DNA of 64,000 nucleotides from Spizellomyces punctatus DAOM BR117 (Eukaryota), in the NCBI GenBank assembly GCA_000182565.2, contig KQ257461.1. One strand, written 5' to 3'. Below, piece after piece: positions 53,255 through 64,000 of the stretch. Under the pieces are notes generated by a model. The model had not been told where the DNA came from and searched no databases. It saw only the letters and a program-made list of their open reading frames with translations. The translations under genes and the position numbers were made by a program. The stretch's first letter is position 1. Each line of letters begins with the position of its first letter.

Positions 53255-53994
53255 CCTTCAAAACTATGCGCTATTTGCGCAATACTGCAGGTGCCCTCAC
53301 CTTGGCGTCCTTTTTCACCTTCCATTTCGGATTATAAATGTGCAAATCTTATTTACAGCCTTCACGGCAAGTTTGACAGTTGGTAGGGCAGAAAAGATTC
53401 GCTGCGAGAGAGCTCAACTGTTCTTTTAAGTTCGTATTTTGAGCTTATATTACTCAAGGTTGGACACCTTTGTAGGAGCCTTTCTCCAGCTTCCGTATTT
53501 CAGAAGGCGAAGTTACTGACGGTCGGCTGCCTTTACACTACTGTAATACTGACGCCAATTCCAAGTGACCAAGGCTCACAGAAATTACCATCACGTATAA
53601 GAATCCACTGAATAGTCCATGTCTGCCATTACGTATCAAAGATATCGTGACTATTTCCCAAGGACCCTTGGGCTTGTCTGAGTCCTTTTGACGTGTAGAA
53701 GCAGGAACTCTTACAAAAAAGGACGTCGTGCATGAGAAAGGTTCCAATGCGGTGCTTCTTGCAACGTCGTTCAAAGCAGACGTCCACTTTCAATGTTATG
53801 GAGTTGACATTGATCAGACATATTTAGGCTACTCACAACGCGATGACATTATACACTATCCGTACCATATATACACTTTCAAAATAATCTTTGTGTTCTG
53901 CCTCATTGTCAGGTAACGGTAAGAGACCGACACAACAGTAGCAGTCTTCAATTACAAAAGCAATGAAAAAAAAGCACAAGATGAGGTGGGGAAG

Positions 53995-54076
53995 CGACAC
54001 GAGCAGGATTTGAACCTGCGCGGGCAGAGCCCAATAGATTTCTAGTCTATCGCCTTAACCACTCGGCCATCGTGTC
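53995..54076 (-). tRNA. tRNA-Ser(AGA)
   Basis: 82 nt; acceptor GACACGA/TCGTGTC, anticodon arm ATAGA-CTAGAAA-TCTAT, long variable arm GGGCTCTGCCC, T loop GGTTCAAATCC. Confidence 0.96.
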
Positions 54077-54825
54077 AGGTGAATGACAGAACAGGTATTT
54101 GCAATATATTCCTTGTGATATTCTATGCTCATCTGCTTCCCAGAGGCTGGCTCTAGGTAAGGCTCGTTGCAAGGAAAATTGTCGTGGCTGTAAGTTGACA
54201 TGAAGGAGTATGAAATCGCACTTTCGGGCGTTGCAGATACATTGTTGATATTGGCACTTCTCACATGTCGCCATTATCAACTATTATCATAGATGTGAAA
54301 GCAATGTTCGCATAGAAGGAGGACAGTAAAAGCAAGAATGAGCCACCTCGGTGCTAGCAGATCTGCCTCTCGTTTGGAGCACGATATATGCTCTATGAAA
54401 TTATGGCTTCATGTTTTTGAGACGAGCCTTAGACGTTGCGAGAAAGCCATGCTGAAAGACAGACTCCAATTTAGTTGACACTTGATCGAAAGCATAAGAC
54501 ATGGTAGATTTCATTGATGATTCGGATGATTTGGAGCCAATTATGTTGAAGTTATTAATTGGCATTAGCTCCGTCCATCCAGGATACATTGATGATGTCC
54601 ATGAACTTTGGAGAATAGGTTCAGCACCTTTTCTGATGGTTTTGTGTTAAAGAAAGTACGCAGTTACTTGCCGATGCTTCATGGGAACAAGATTTGGCCC
54701 AGTTCTCAACCCTTGTACATAGTGCGGAGCCGATGGGTATTGGCACTAGTACAAAGATTCCAACCAATTTAATCATAATTTTACTCGATTTAGACTCATG
54801 AACTATGGTTTGATCCAAAAAGTCC

Positions 54826-54832
54826 TATATAA
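54826..54832 (+). promoter_or_regulatory. Putative TATA box of the Fanzor gene
   Basis: TATATAA starts 57 nt upstream of the ATG; its context is similar to that in the ghost element (51446-51452). Confidence 0.5.
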
Positions 54833-54882
54833 GTTGTCGGGCCCATTTTCCCAGGCTTTCGTCTTTTTCCACAGATATCATC

Positions 54883-56783
54883 ATGCCACCAAAGAAAAAG
54901 CAAAAACTCGAAAAACTCGACAAACCTACTTGCTTACATACCTGCAACAAGACTTCCTTTGCAAAAGCTTTCCTGCCAAACGAGATCTACCGCCAACGGC
55001 TTCTAGATTACATTGCCATGATCCATCAACTTGCTGACCATGCTTCCCACACTCTCAAATTCTACATCCTATCTGCACCATCCTTCACCGTAAACGAGGA
55101 GACCATCGAAGCAATTCTCTATCTTCTCAACAAAGGAGAGGCTTGGCAACCAAAAACTGATGCGAAAAGGGCATTGCGCGAATGCTTGCTGCCCTATGTC
55201 CGACGGTACTGCCACATCGTCGGCTTCGTTCATCCAAATCTACAAAAAGAGCAGCAATCAGTCAATTACCTGACAATGAGTATGATGACGAACCTGAAAG
55301 TCAACGTCCAAGAGCATTTCATGCAGATGATCCTTCGGTATATCAATCTGCGGCTTGACGTGAAGGGACGGAAAGGGCAATTTCCTCCAAAGAGTGAAGC
55401 GCGAAAAGCTTTCTTTGCTCGGCTACGCTACTTGAAGTCAGTTTTCCTTTTCGAAACAATGCCAGAATCGCTGGATGACTTGAGCATTCTTGAAAACGAG
55501 ATTTTAGAAGAGATCTGGACACTTAACCTGCCATTTCCTGATCAAGACAAGCCGCTTGCCTACCTCATTGCCATCGACGCGATGTCCTTCTTGCCTGCAT
55601 ACTGCAAACTCTCCCGCTCTATGAGCATCATGGATTTCGATGGTTTAGCGCCATACCTCTTCGCCGCTCCCTCATCCAAAGCCATATACGCATTGACACC
55701 GTCATCCTCTATTCTCATGTTCTTTGCATCCCCCGCAGACGCAGAGAGGCAGAAGCCATAGAGAAGGATGATCTGTGGTTGCGTGTCTGTAATCTACGTA
55801 CCAAAGCTTTTCAGTCTCGCCGCAGTATGCAGTTTGAAGGCTCGATCACGACGGACGGAACCTCGGTGTCTGTATACCTAAAGCACCCCGAAGCAGACAA
55901 GTATGGAAAGCGCGGAGCGAGAAAGTCAGCAAAGACTCTAGAAGCTGAGGTGAAGGCAGTATATGTGGAGAACAACTTGCCTGCTTGTCGAGCAGCAGAA
56001 AATGTCGTCATTATTGACCCAAACAAGCGCGACCTTCTCTACTGCCAAGACAGCAATGGTGCGACGATGTTTCACTATACCGCCAATCAACGCTGCAAGG
56101 AGACTGGTAGCCGGCGATTTGCAAAGGAACGGCAGCAGATGAAGAAGGAAGCGGGAATGGACCTTATAGAATCGCGAATACCATCTCACAAGACGATGAA
56201 CCTCATGGATTTCCTCCGCTACCTCCTCGTCCGTTGTGTCGACTGGAACCGCCGCAAGGACTTCTATTCGCATCCTGCTCATACTCGATGGAAATGGCAC
56301 TCCTTCATAAACCGTCAGAAGAGCGAATCAGACCTCATAAGTAACATGCGCAACAAGTACAGTGAAAACCTTACTGTTGTAATGGGTGATTGGAGCGATG
56401 CCGGTCGAACTGCAAGATTTCAGACCTCATCAAAGACAAAAGGCTGGCGCACCCTCTTTAAGCGCAACCGCATTGATTGTTTCCTTCTCGACGAGTACAA
56501 GACCTCATCTGTTTGCCCTCGCTGTTCCTCATCTGAGTTTGTGGAGAAAAAATTCAAAGAACGACCTCATTCAAGACCTTATCGACAACGAGAAGGCAAG
56601 ATTGAAAAAGTCCACGGATTGCTGGGTTGTACCAACCCTAACTGTTTGCAGCAAGCCTGGACGATGCGCTACTGGAATCGAGATACGCTGAGCACCTGCA
56701 ATATGCTAACGATCGTGCAATCAATGTTGGATGGACACGGTAGACCAGAAGTGTTCAGCAGGAGTGTTCCAGCCGTAGCTTAG
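54883..56783 (+). pseudogene. Fz1: Fanzor1 RNA-guided RuvC endonuclease (SpuFz1-like), split by a 1-nt frameshift near 55617
   Basis: N-terminal NLS MPPKKKQKL; RuvC motifs IIDPNKRD, LLDEYKTS and NRDTLS; Zn finger CPRC..CTNPNC. Adding one base near 55617 gives a continuous 633-aa ORF. Confidence 0.92.
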
Positions 56784-56797
56784 ATTGGTTAGATTAG

Positions 56798-56887
56798 GTT
56801 TTCCGAGCCGGTTGTCGCGCGGTTCAATCCCTGGTGCGGGTGCTAGTGCCAATACCCACCGGCTCCGCACTATGTTACCAAGTCTGT
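56798..56887 (+). ncRNA. Fanzor omegaRNA: 75-nt scaffold (56798-56872) plus predicted guide TGTTACCAAGTCTGT
   Basis: Starts 14 nt after the Fanzor stop and overlaps the right TIR. Stems GAGCCG/CGGTTC, GGGTG/TACCC and TGGTGCGG/CCGCACTA. Matches my recollection of the SpuFz1 scaffold. Guide length assumed. Confidence 0.88.
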
Positions 56888-57110
56888 ATAACAAGAAGTC
56901 ACTGGATGCAACTTTGGGGTCGACTATTGAGCCGTCAATTTACGCGGTGACATGGTAGAAAAGCATTGATAACTTAAACTATCACCATGCAATAAGTCTT
57001 GCGACAATGGTTAACCTTTAACACGCTCTATGTAGAATATCTATTAAATGCCAGCAATCTGCAGCATAGGTTGGAGAACTTAATGATAGGAACTTTCAAC
57101 GCTCAAAGTA

Positions 57111-57935
57111 CTATGATTGACTTCCTTCCATCGCATCACCACCAAAAAACCTCTCCCACACGCGTCTCGCACCCATTCTTGCCCGATCAAACAGAGCAGA
57201 TGGGCTATCCAAAGCAGGCCTTACATCCACATTGAAGGCAGGAACACCCGGCGCTTCATCGGGGGCAGAGTAGTAGTCAATGACGTAGCGCACTTGCTGT
57301 CCGCAGCGATCAACCGTCCAATCGTGGCGATCAAAGGGCTTGTCCACTCTGGAAGAAAACGCTAATTAGGGCTACAAAGACACCAACAGCAGATGACATG
57401 TACAGATAACATACCCAAACCAGCTGTACATCCTTGCCTTAGGTGTCAGGTCCTGCGGTCTACCCTGAAACTTTGCCAACTTGACATCCTTGCAGTCACA
57501 GTGAAACATTTTTTCCCACTTGAGGACCTCCCCCCAGCAAGCCTCGTTTAAAAAGTTATGAATATCAACCATGGTAGGAATCTCATGTTCCGGGGTTTCC
57601 CATCCTTTTCGTTTAAGCGCGTTGTAAAACTGTTGTGGGGAAGGGTAGTCCCATGTCTTGTCTTGGACGTCTTGGCGGGGAATGGAGGAGGATGTGCGTT
57701 CGGTGGAGAGGTTGACCGTTTGGCCTTGAGAAGGGGTTTGGGGGAGGTTGGGCATCATATTGAGAGGGTTGATGTGGGAGGAGGTGTGGTCGACAGGGCA
57801 GCCGCCTCCTGAGGAAGAGGCGGAGGTCGACGAAGAGGGTGCTGATCGCTTCCCAGCAATGGACGCAAAAGAAGAGTGGTCAACGGGACATGTACCTCCC
57901 GAAGAGGAGGTTTGAGAATCTGGTGAAGGCGTCAT
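57111..57935 (-). CDS. Holocytochrome c/c1 synthase (heme lyase), 2 exons
   Basis: Two CPV heme-regulatory motifs, WDYPSPQQFYNALKRKG, IHNFLNE, PFDRHDW, RYVIDYY and DVRPALDS. Confidence 0.95.
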
Positions 57936-58862
57936 GACGGAGAACACTAGTCGCAAGGTCACAACAAAGTGCGAATTGAAGACGGGAAGAAAAACAAAAG
58001 ACACGGCAGCGTTAAGCGTGTGCGCAATTGCAGTCGGAGTATTTTTGGGAGGCACAGCCATCTGAAGTAATGTTTGTTGCCATGACACCAACCAAGTGCG
58101 ATTGCCTTGACGGAATCACTCACATATCAGATGCTGTTTTTGTGTTTATCTTCATTCTACAGTCATTGATTTATTCAATTGGCTGCAATGTTACAGGTAT
58201 TGACATTTGGCTTTCTTTGCCATACCATCCCAGTCAGATGCACGGTTAGGGTTTGCAGTTATATCTTAGAAATGTGGTTGGATTAACAGGTTGGAGTGTC
58301 TGGGCAGAGAGTTAAGATACCCGGGATATCTTGCAAGCGAATGAGGGTATTCTCCTTTGGAAGCAATTAAAAGGCAATCTGATGTAGGGCCACCAAATCG
58401 CAACAGCTTATGCTACATATTTTATTCGTTTCGTATGCATAACTTGGCCAGAGTTTCATAGATCACATATTCAGGCACCGGCTTTCCGTCTGGCAACCAT
58501 TCTTGGGTGTTCGTCATAATTTTCAAGCAATTGTCCAATCCCATCTTCTGCTGCCGACGGTCATCTGCAGGTAATAGAAAAGAACCTAGCTGCTACTGCT
58601 TGCCACGTACCCACTTGAGGAGACCTTGCTATCTCGATCCATTGTACCTGAAAATCGATTGGTACCAAAATATTAACTAACTTGTCCCCCTTCCTCTTCA
58701 GTAGGAGGATATATATCTTTAGCTTCTTCCATAACTATCTCCAACTATTTACTTATCCTCATAATCCTGGGGTAACAAAATGATAGTATCACGTGATATT
58801 GTTTACGAGATTGGTCGTCCATTTGGGCTAGCCCAGAGGAAAAAGGGATCTAAGAATCGAGA

Positions 58863-60384
58863 ATGAGACTGTGTACACTTTGCCAGAAGGAGCGTGCGGT
58901 ACTCAAACGGCCAAAGACTGGTCAGCAGATTTGCAGAAACTGTTTCTATGCAGTCTTTGAAACAGAGGTGCACAATACAATACAAGAGAATGAACTTTTC
59001 AAACGGGGTGATAAGGTGGCTATTGCAGCGTCAGGAGGCAAAGGTTAGTCTTGAGCTTTGTATCGGGCGGTCGGCGACATGTGTAACTGATGTAACTGAT
59101 GCATGACTGACTAGATTCTACGGTGCTGGCTCATGTCATGACCACGCTTAATGAGCGTTACGGATATGGTTTGGACCTGTTCCTTCTTTCGGTGGACGAG
59201 GGTATTACCGGATACAGAGACGACTCCTTGGAGGTGGGTCTGAGCGGAAAAAGGCAGATAGTCTAATCTACAAGGACCTGACACTCGACCCATCACCAGA
59301 CTGTTAAAAGAAACGAACAGCAGTATAAGATACCTCTCAAGATTGTCTCATATGAAGAACTTTACGGATGGAGCATGGATGCCATCGTGAAGGAAATTGG
59401 AATGAAGAACAACTGCACGTTCTGTGGAGTGTTCCGACGTCAAGCGCTAGATAGGGGGGCTGCATTACTGCAAGTTGATCATATTGTAACGGGACATAAT
59501 GCGGATGATATTGCTGAGACGGTGCTAATGAATAGTACGTTGCGCTACGACCTCTGAGAGACCTGAAGATTTGCTAACGTCCCGATCGCTTACAGTTCTG
59601 CGAGGGGACTTTTCCCGGCTTCAGCGATGTACTGCGATTCGTACTGCGACCAATGAAACCATCCCCCGGTCAAAGCCTTTCAAATACACCTATGAGAAAG
59701 AAATTGTGATGTAAGAGCTCAAGTGATAAAAATCTGCACATGCGCATAAGTTTTTACTTTAGCCTCTTCACAGGTATGCATACTTTAAAAAGCTCGACTA
59801 TTTCTCGACAGAGTGCATATACTCGCCAAATGCATATCGAGGATACGCACGTGCGTTCTTGAAAGATTTAGAGTCAATACGGCCCAGCGCGATTATGGGT
59901 ATGATCAATCGTTTCCCTCTTACTATCAGAGAGCCAGACCAGTATGACCAATATGCTCGTGTTACAGATATCATTCACTCCGGGGAGGCCTGGGAATCGA
60001 AAATTGAAGTTAAAGTCAATACGCCTGTCGATGGACGAGTGATTGTCGGTTCCTGTGAACGATGTGGCTACATGTCTAGTAATAAACTATGCAAGGCATG
60101 TGTATTATTGGAGGGTCTCAACAAAGGGCTGCCAAAGTGAGTCCCCTTTGCCATGATCAATGCGTATGCGGTGAGCATTAACACTTTTTGTAATATCTTT
60201 TAGATTGGCAATTGGAAATTCGACCAAATATGTAAGTTCTGGGGTTGGGATTGCAACTGCTTGAATGGTTTGCTGACACTGTTTCTTGCTCCTTCCGTAG
60301 AAAAGGGAACAAGACAAGCGGGACGCGTCGGCAAGAGCGCGAGTGTGTGATCCAGCAACACCATCAGGACGCTCACCCAGCTAG
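58863..60384 (+). CDS. NCS6: Cytoplasmic tRNA 2-thiolation protein 1 (CTU1/Ncs6), multi-exon
   Basis: PP-loop [35 protein letters not shown] and [16 protein letters not shown]. Last exon approximate. Confidence 0.95.
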
Positions 60385-63300
60385 GAAAAGTGTGAAGATT
60401 ATGTATAGTTATTCAGCATATTCCATAGATCGCCGACCCCAACTCGGGTCACTGGCGCACTAGGCATGTAGTTAGCAGAGACGGTTTGAGTGGAAGTAGT
60501 GATACAGCTGTAGGAAGGAACGATTTTGCGCGTGGATATGGTCAGGTTCACGTCGTATCCCTCGGCTGACGCATATACAATAATGGAGCTGTTTCTGTCA
60601 CTACCTCGTTCATCTCATGTATCAAATCTCATAGCCCTCAATCTGAAAAGACTATAGAAGAGTGCAAAGCATGGCAGTTCCATGTATAATTGTTGCTACA
60701 TTTCTTCCTTTTTTTTAAAAGAATAACTCTTTTATTTTACAGGCCCTCCTCCGGCCGGAGCCAAGAGGCACCCCCACCGCGGTGAGTCGTGGCCGCCGCT
60801 CCACCATCGCGACAGTCAGTCCTGTTCAACCAAAGAAGACAAGTGGAGAAGACGAGTAAAGAGAAGGGGGAGGCGAGAAACGTCGCCTTTTTATAACCTT
60901 GGGGGCCTGCGCTTTTTTTTTGTAATCCGGAATTCTACGCGGAAGATACCGTATCCCGCGTACGTCATTCTTTTGAGCACGCCATGAACGCCCAATCATC
61001 GTCGTCGTCGTGTTCACCTCCTGGCATGCGTTCCCCCTTGCGCGAGTCAAGATCATTTGTTTATGTTCATTTTCCCACGGTCTCGAACAAGCGAGATTCG
61101 ACACATTTTGGGATGCTTGTTGGTAGAAACAAGAATATCGGGTCTTGTTTTCAGTTGGTTTATCTAATCCAAGAACAACGAATGCAAACACGTCATGAAA
61201 CCGTAAAAGCACAAGCGAGGTCACTGTTCGGATCTCCAATGCTTGCCCGCCGCTTTTGTCGGATGTAGCGTCAGCGCAGTGAAAAGCGTCAGACTGACGA
61301 ATGTAGAGATTGAAAGAGCGATAATAATAGGATACGATCGGATGGTTGTATCGCCAAATGTCAGAAGACAGTGCGCTGGGATGCACAACATGCTGTTGGT
61401 CTTATATGCCAGTATAGCCAATCGCTGTATCCACTAACAATTTCATGCTGTCGAGAATAAGGTTAACATCAACTCCAATTGCAATCCAGTGTCCTTGGTT
61501 TCCAGTTCACGTAAAAACAATTGCGACATGCTAATTCATCGCGACCCACCTCAAGCTCTCTGCTCTCTCGGTTGGATGGACCAAATGGTGACAACAGATC
61601 AGGTCTGTCTCTAGATTCACGTCTGTTCCGAATGAAAAAGACGTTGAATTTGTACGCATAGCTTGGAGGAATGCGTTTCTTACTCAAGAATTTTGTCATT
61701 AGTGAGGGTACTCAAAAGTCTACAGGCGTGGCAGCTTGCAAGCTATTTGAATAGAGAATGCAAGTCATCTAAACTGAGTTGATACAATGCTGTCAGATCG
61801 GAAAGTCGATGACCGTGCGCATCGAGGAGTGTTTTTGTATTCATCGAAAATATCGTCAAGTGCGGGTTGTTCACTCTCTTGCGGCCGCGGTATTCAAATA
61901 ATGCATTAGGTGAACCAAGACAGGGATACTGCATGACTGATTCTCGGACATCTTTGAGCATGGCTTGATCGGTGTGGTCCAATATATTAGATTTCTCGTT
62001 TAAGACGAGCAAGTTTATCCGAATAGAGGGTCAGTGTTTCTCAACCTCGGCAGAAACTGGCGATGAAGAAGGGGATATTGCCAGATCCATTACATGTTCT
62101 TGTGGGAGATGGTTGCTCCCATTTGACTGACTATATACACATATGCTAATTTCCTATTCGTCTTTGCTAATATCCGTTTAAATGGCCATCACCCATGGAT
62201 ATACATGTTCTGCTGCCTATTCTTTGTCTTGTATGTCATCGTATCAAGTCTCAGTAGTGTAAAAGGCTTCATTTGTCTGTAAATCGCATCGAGACAGAGT
62301 TCACACAATGGCGTTCATCGGTTGGCGTCGGAAACCCTTCTCCCTTAAAGACATGACCTAAATGACCTCCACACTAAAAATATTTTAGGTAAGAAACTTG
62401 AGATTTGGTCCGAAACTGTGTCCTTGAACATACATTCGAACAAACAATCTCAGTGCGCTCCATTCCATACGTATTGTCGACGTGACGGGTCACGGCACCG
62501 GGTATGGCGTCTGAGACATATGCATGGTTTAGGTTGAAAGGTGAACACACTGTTAACGGAACAACACAAACCAACCAAAGAATGCTGGCCATCCACAACC
62601 GGAATCAAACTTTGTGCTTGATTTATATAAGGGTGCATCGCATCCAGCACAATGATACACACCTATGGTGGTAAAATGTATGAACACTTTGGACGTACAT
62701 TCAACAGCAAAAGTAAACATCAAGAGACATACCGTCCGCCTTATGCTTATTGTACTCTCCCGTTCCAGGTGCTTCGGTCCCCTTCTGCCGTAGCACGCGG
62801 AATTGCTCGGGCGTCAACTTGACTCTCCACTAAAACGTAACGCTCAGGAAAAGAAGATAGATCAGACAAAACGAGCAACACTTACCTCTTGGTCTGTTTT
62901 CGGTAAAGACATGGTAACAGTGCGGAAAAAGAAAGAACGGGTGAGAGGGAAGATGCGAGTGCGATGCCAGAGTGGTCGTAAAAACATCACCAAAAGTGCA
63001 AGTGTCCCATTGCTTGTTCAAGTCAGCGACGTGGCTGATCGAGGTGAGTCATGTCATTTACCTTTATTAGGTCATTATTACCCCACTCCCCTCCAGGCTT
63101 CAAATGAACGGCCAAGTCCTTCCTTGGATGTTTGGAATGAAGGTCTGCACTTTGATGGACATATTGATGATGTTGTATGGAAGGGGCATAACCCCTATAG
63201 TAGATTTGAGATCTGTTCTTTTTGCTGATCCAAGGAACCTGTGCCCATGCATCAGCACATTGTAAAAGGGCATCCTTTCTCTGCTTTTTTTTGGTATAGA

Positions 63301-64000
63301 CCAGCGACATCAAAGCGAGCGGGGGCATGCAAACAACTCATGAATACCCTAGGGTTCACCCATCGCTATGACGGAATGGTCAAGCATGTTGCAGAATGTC
63401 CGTGCAACTCGTTCTTCCATCCAAGGACATGCCCGAAACACAAAGATGACCAGTGAAGGCGCCGTTGACACAAAGTGCCCTGGAGGAATTTCAAATATCG
63501 GAGCAAGGTTATGCCGTCAGGCCTGACAGTGATGACGTCGGTGAAGCAGCCTTTGTAAGTCTGACGTTGTTCATCTTAGCCTGCCGCGGCCATGGGTTAA
63601 GAATAATTTAAAGACAGGGTGTCGAAAGTCTCCCCTCCTTTGCCCCAAATCTTGCAACCTTTCAAAGGTCCCTTTTCACCAGCATGTGTGTATCTTGTTC
63701 AACGGTAGTGCAACAAGTTAAGCATCCTTATTCCCGCTTCATTGGACAATATCGCTGCATTTCTCCGCTCATCTTTTTTCTGCTCTGTTTGCGGATATTT
63801 CTATTTGGAGGGATACGTCATTTGTCTCTGTCAAAAGTGGCAATCGGAACCTGCAGTGTAGGAGCAAAAAGAGGAAAAAAAAGGTAAGAGATGGCAACAT
63901 CAACAATTGAAATACTCGGCCGCGGCGTTGGGTTCCGTCGCGTTCAGCTTGTCTGCAAATTGCGAATGTTTTTTTACTGTCAAGCTGTGGGCGGTTTGCG

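Larger units (their letters stand above)
54722..56870 (+). mobile_element. Fanzor1-carrying TIR transposon (Spu-1-like), no transposase
   Basis: 28-bp TIRs at 54722-54749 and 56843-56870 (27/28 match). TA on both sides (54720-21, 56871-72); CATA precedes the left end. Confidence 0.95.

Noticed and set aside
54076-54718. Fanzor insertion about 640 bp upstream of tRNA-Ser as tRNA-targeted integration
   Set aside because: The distance is large, it is a single case, and the target motif explains the site.
54883-55761. 292-aa and 334-aa ORFs as two separate genes
   Set aside because: They are halves of one Fanzor ORF joined across a 1-nt frameshift; no splice is needed.
60900-64000. Scattered short ORFs at the end of the window
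   Set aside because: No recognisable domain or splice model; may be decayed sequence but cannot be supported.

Overview
Gene-dense, intron-rich eukaryotic DNA with short GT-AG introns, most likely a chytrid fungus. The Fanzor protein strongly resembles Spizellomyces punctatus SpuFz1 as I recall it; this was not checked by search. There are about 20 protein-coding genes: PolX, MRM1-like SpoU methyltransferase, cytochrome b5-acyl-CoA dehydrogenase fusion, CCR4/Angel-like EEP nuclease, M3 oligopeptidase, an Rdx/SelW-like gene of which the ORF track shows only exon 1, VIT1/CCC1, PHD and C2H2 proteins, an arrestin, heme lyase, CTU1 and several low-complexity or coiled-coil proteins. There are also three tRNA genes. 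The main highlight is a pair of related TIR elements. (1) A 2.15-kb Fanzor1 element (54722-56870) has 28-bp TIRs, a TA duplication, a CATA TAM, a RuvC ORF broken by one 1-nt frameshift, and a 75-nt omegaRNA scaffold at its right end. (2) 2.7 kb upstream, a 730-bp Fanzor-less element (51291-52020) keeps diverged TIRs, the same ACATATGT target, a similar TATA region and a diverged 75-nt omegaRNA-like scaffold with compensatory base changes. It is a candidate trans-acting guide-RNA donor. Exon boundaries were read by eye and several gene ends are approximate.
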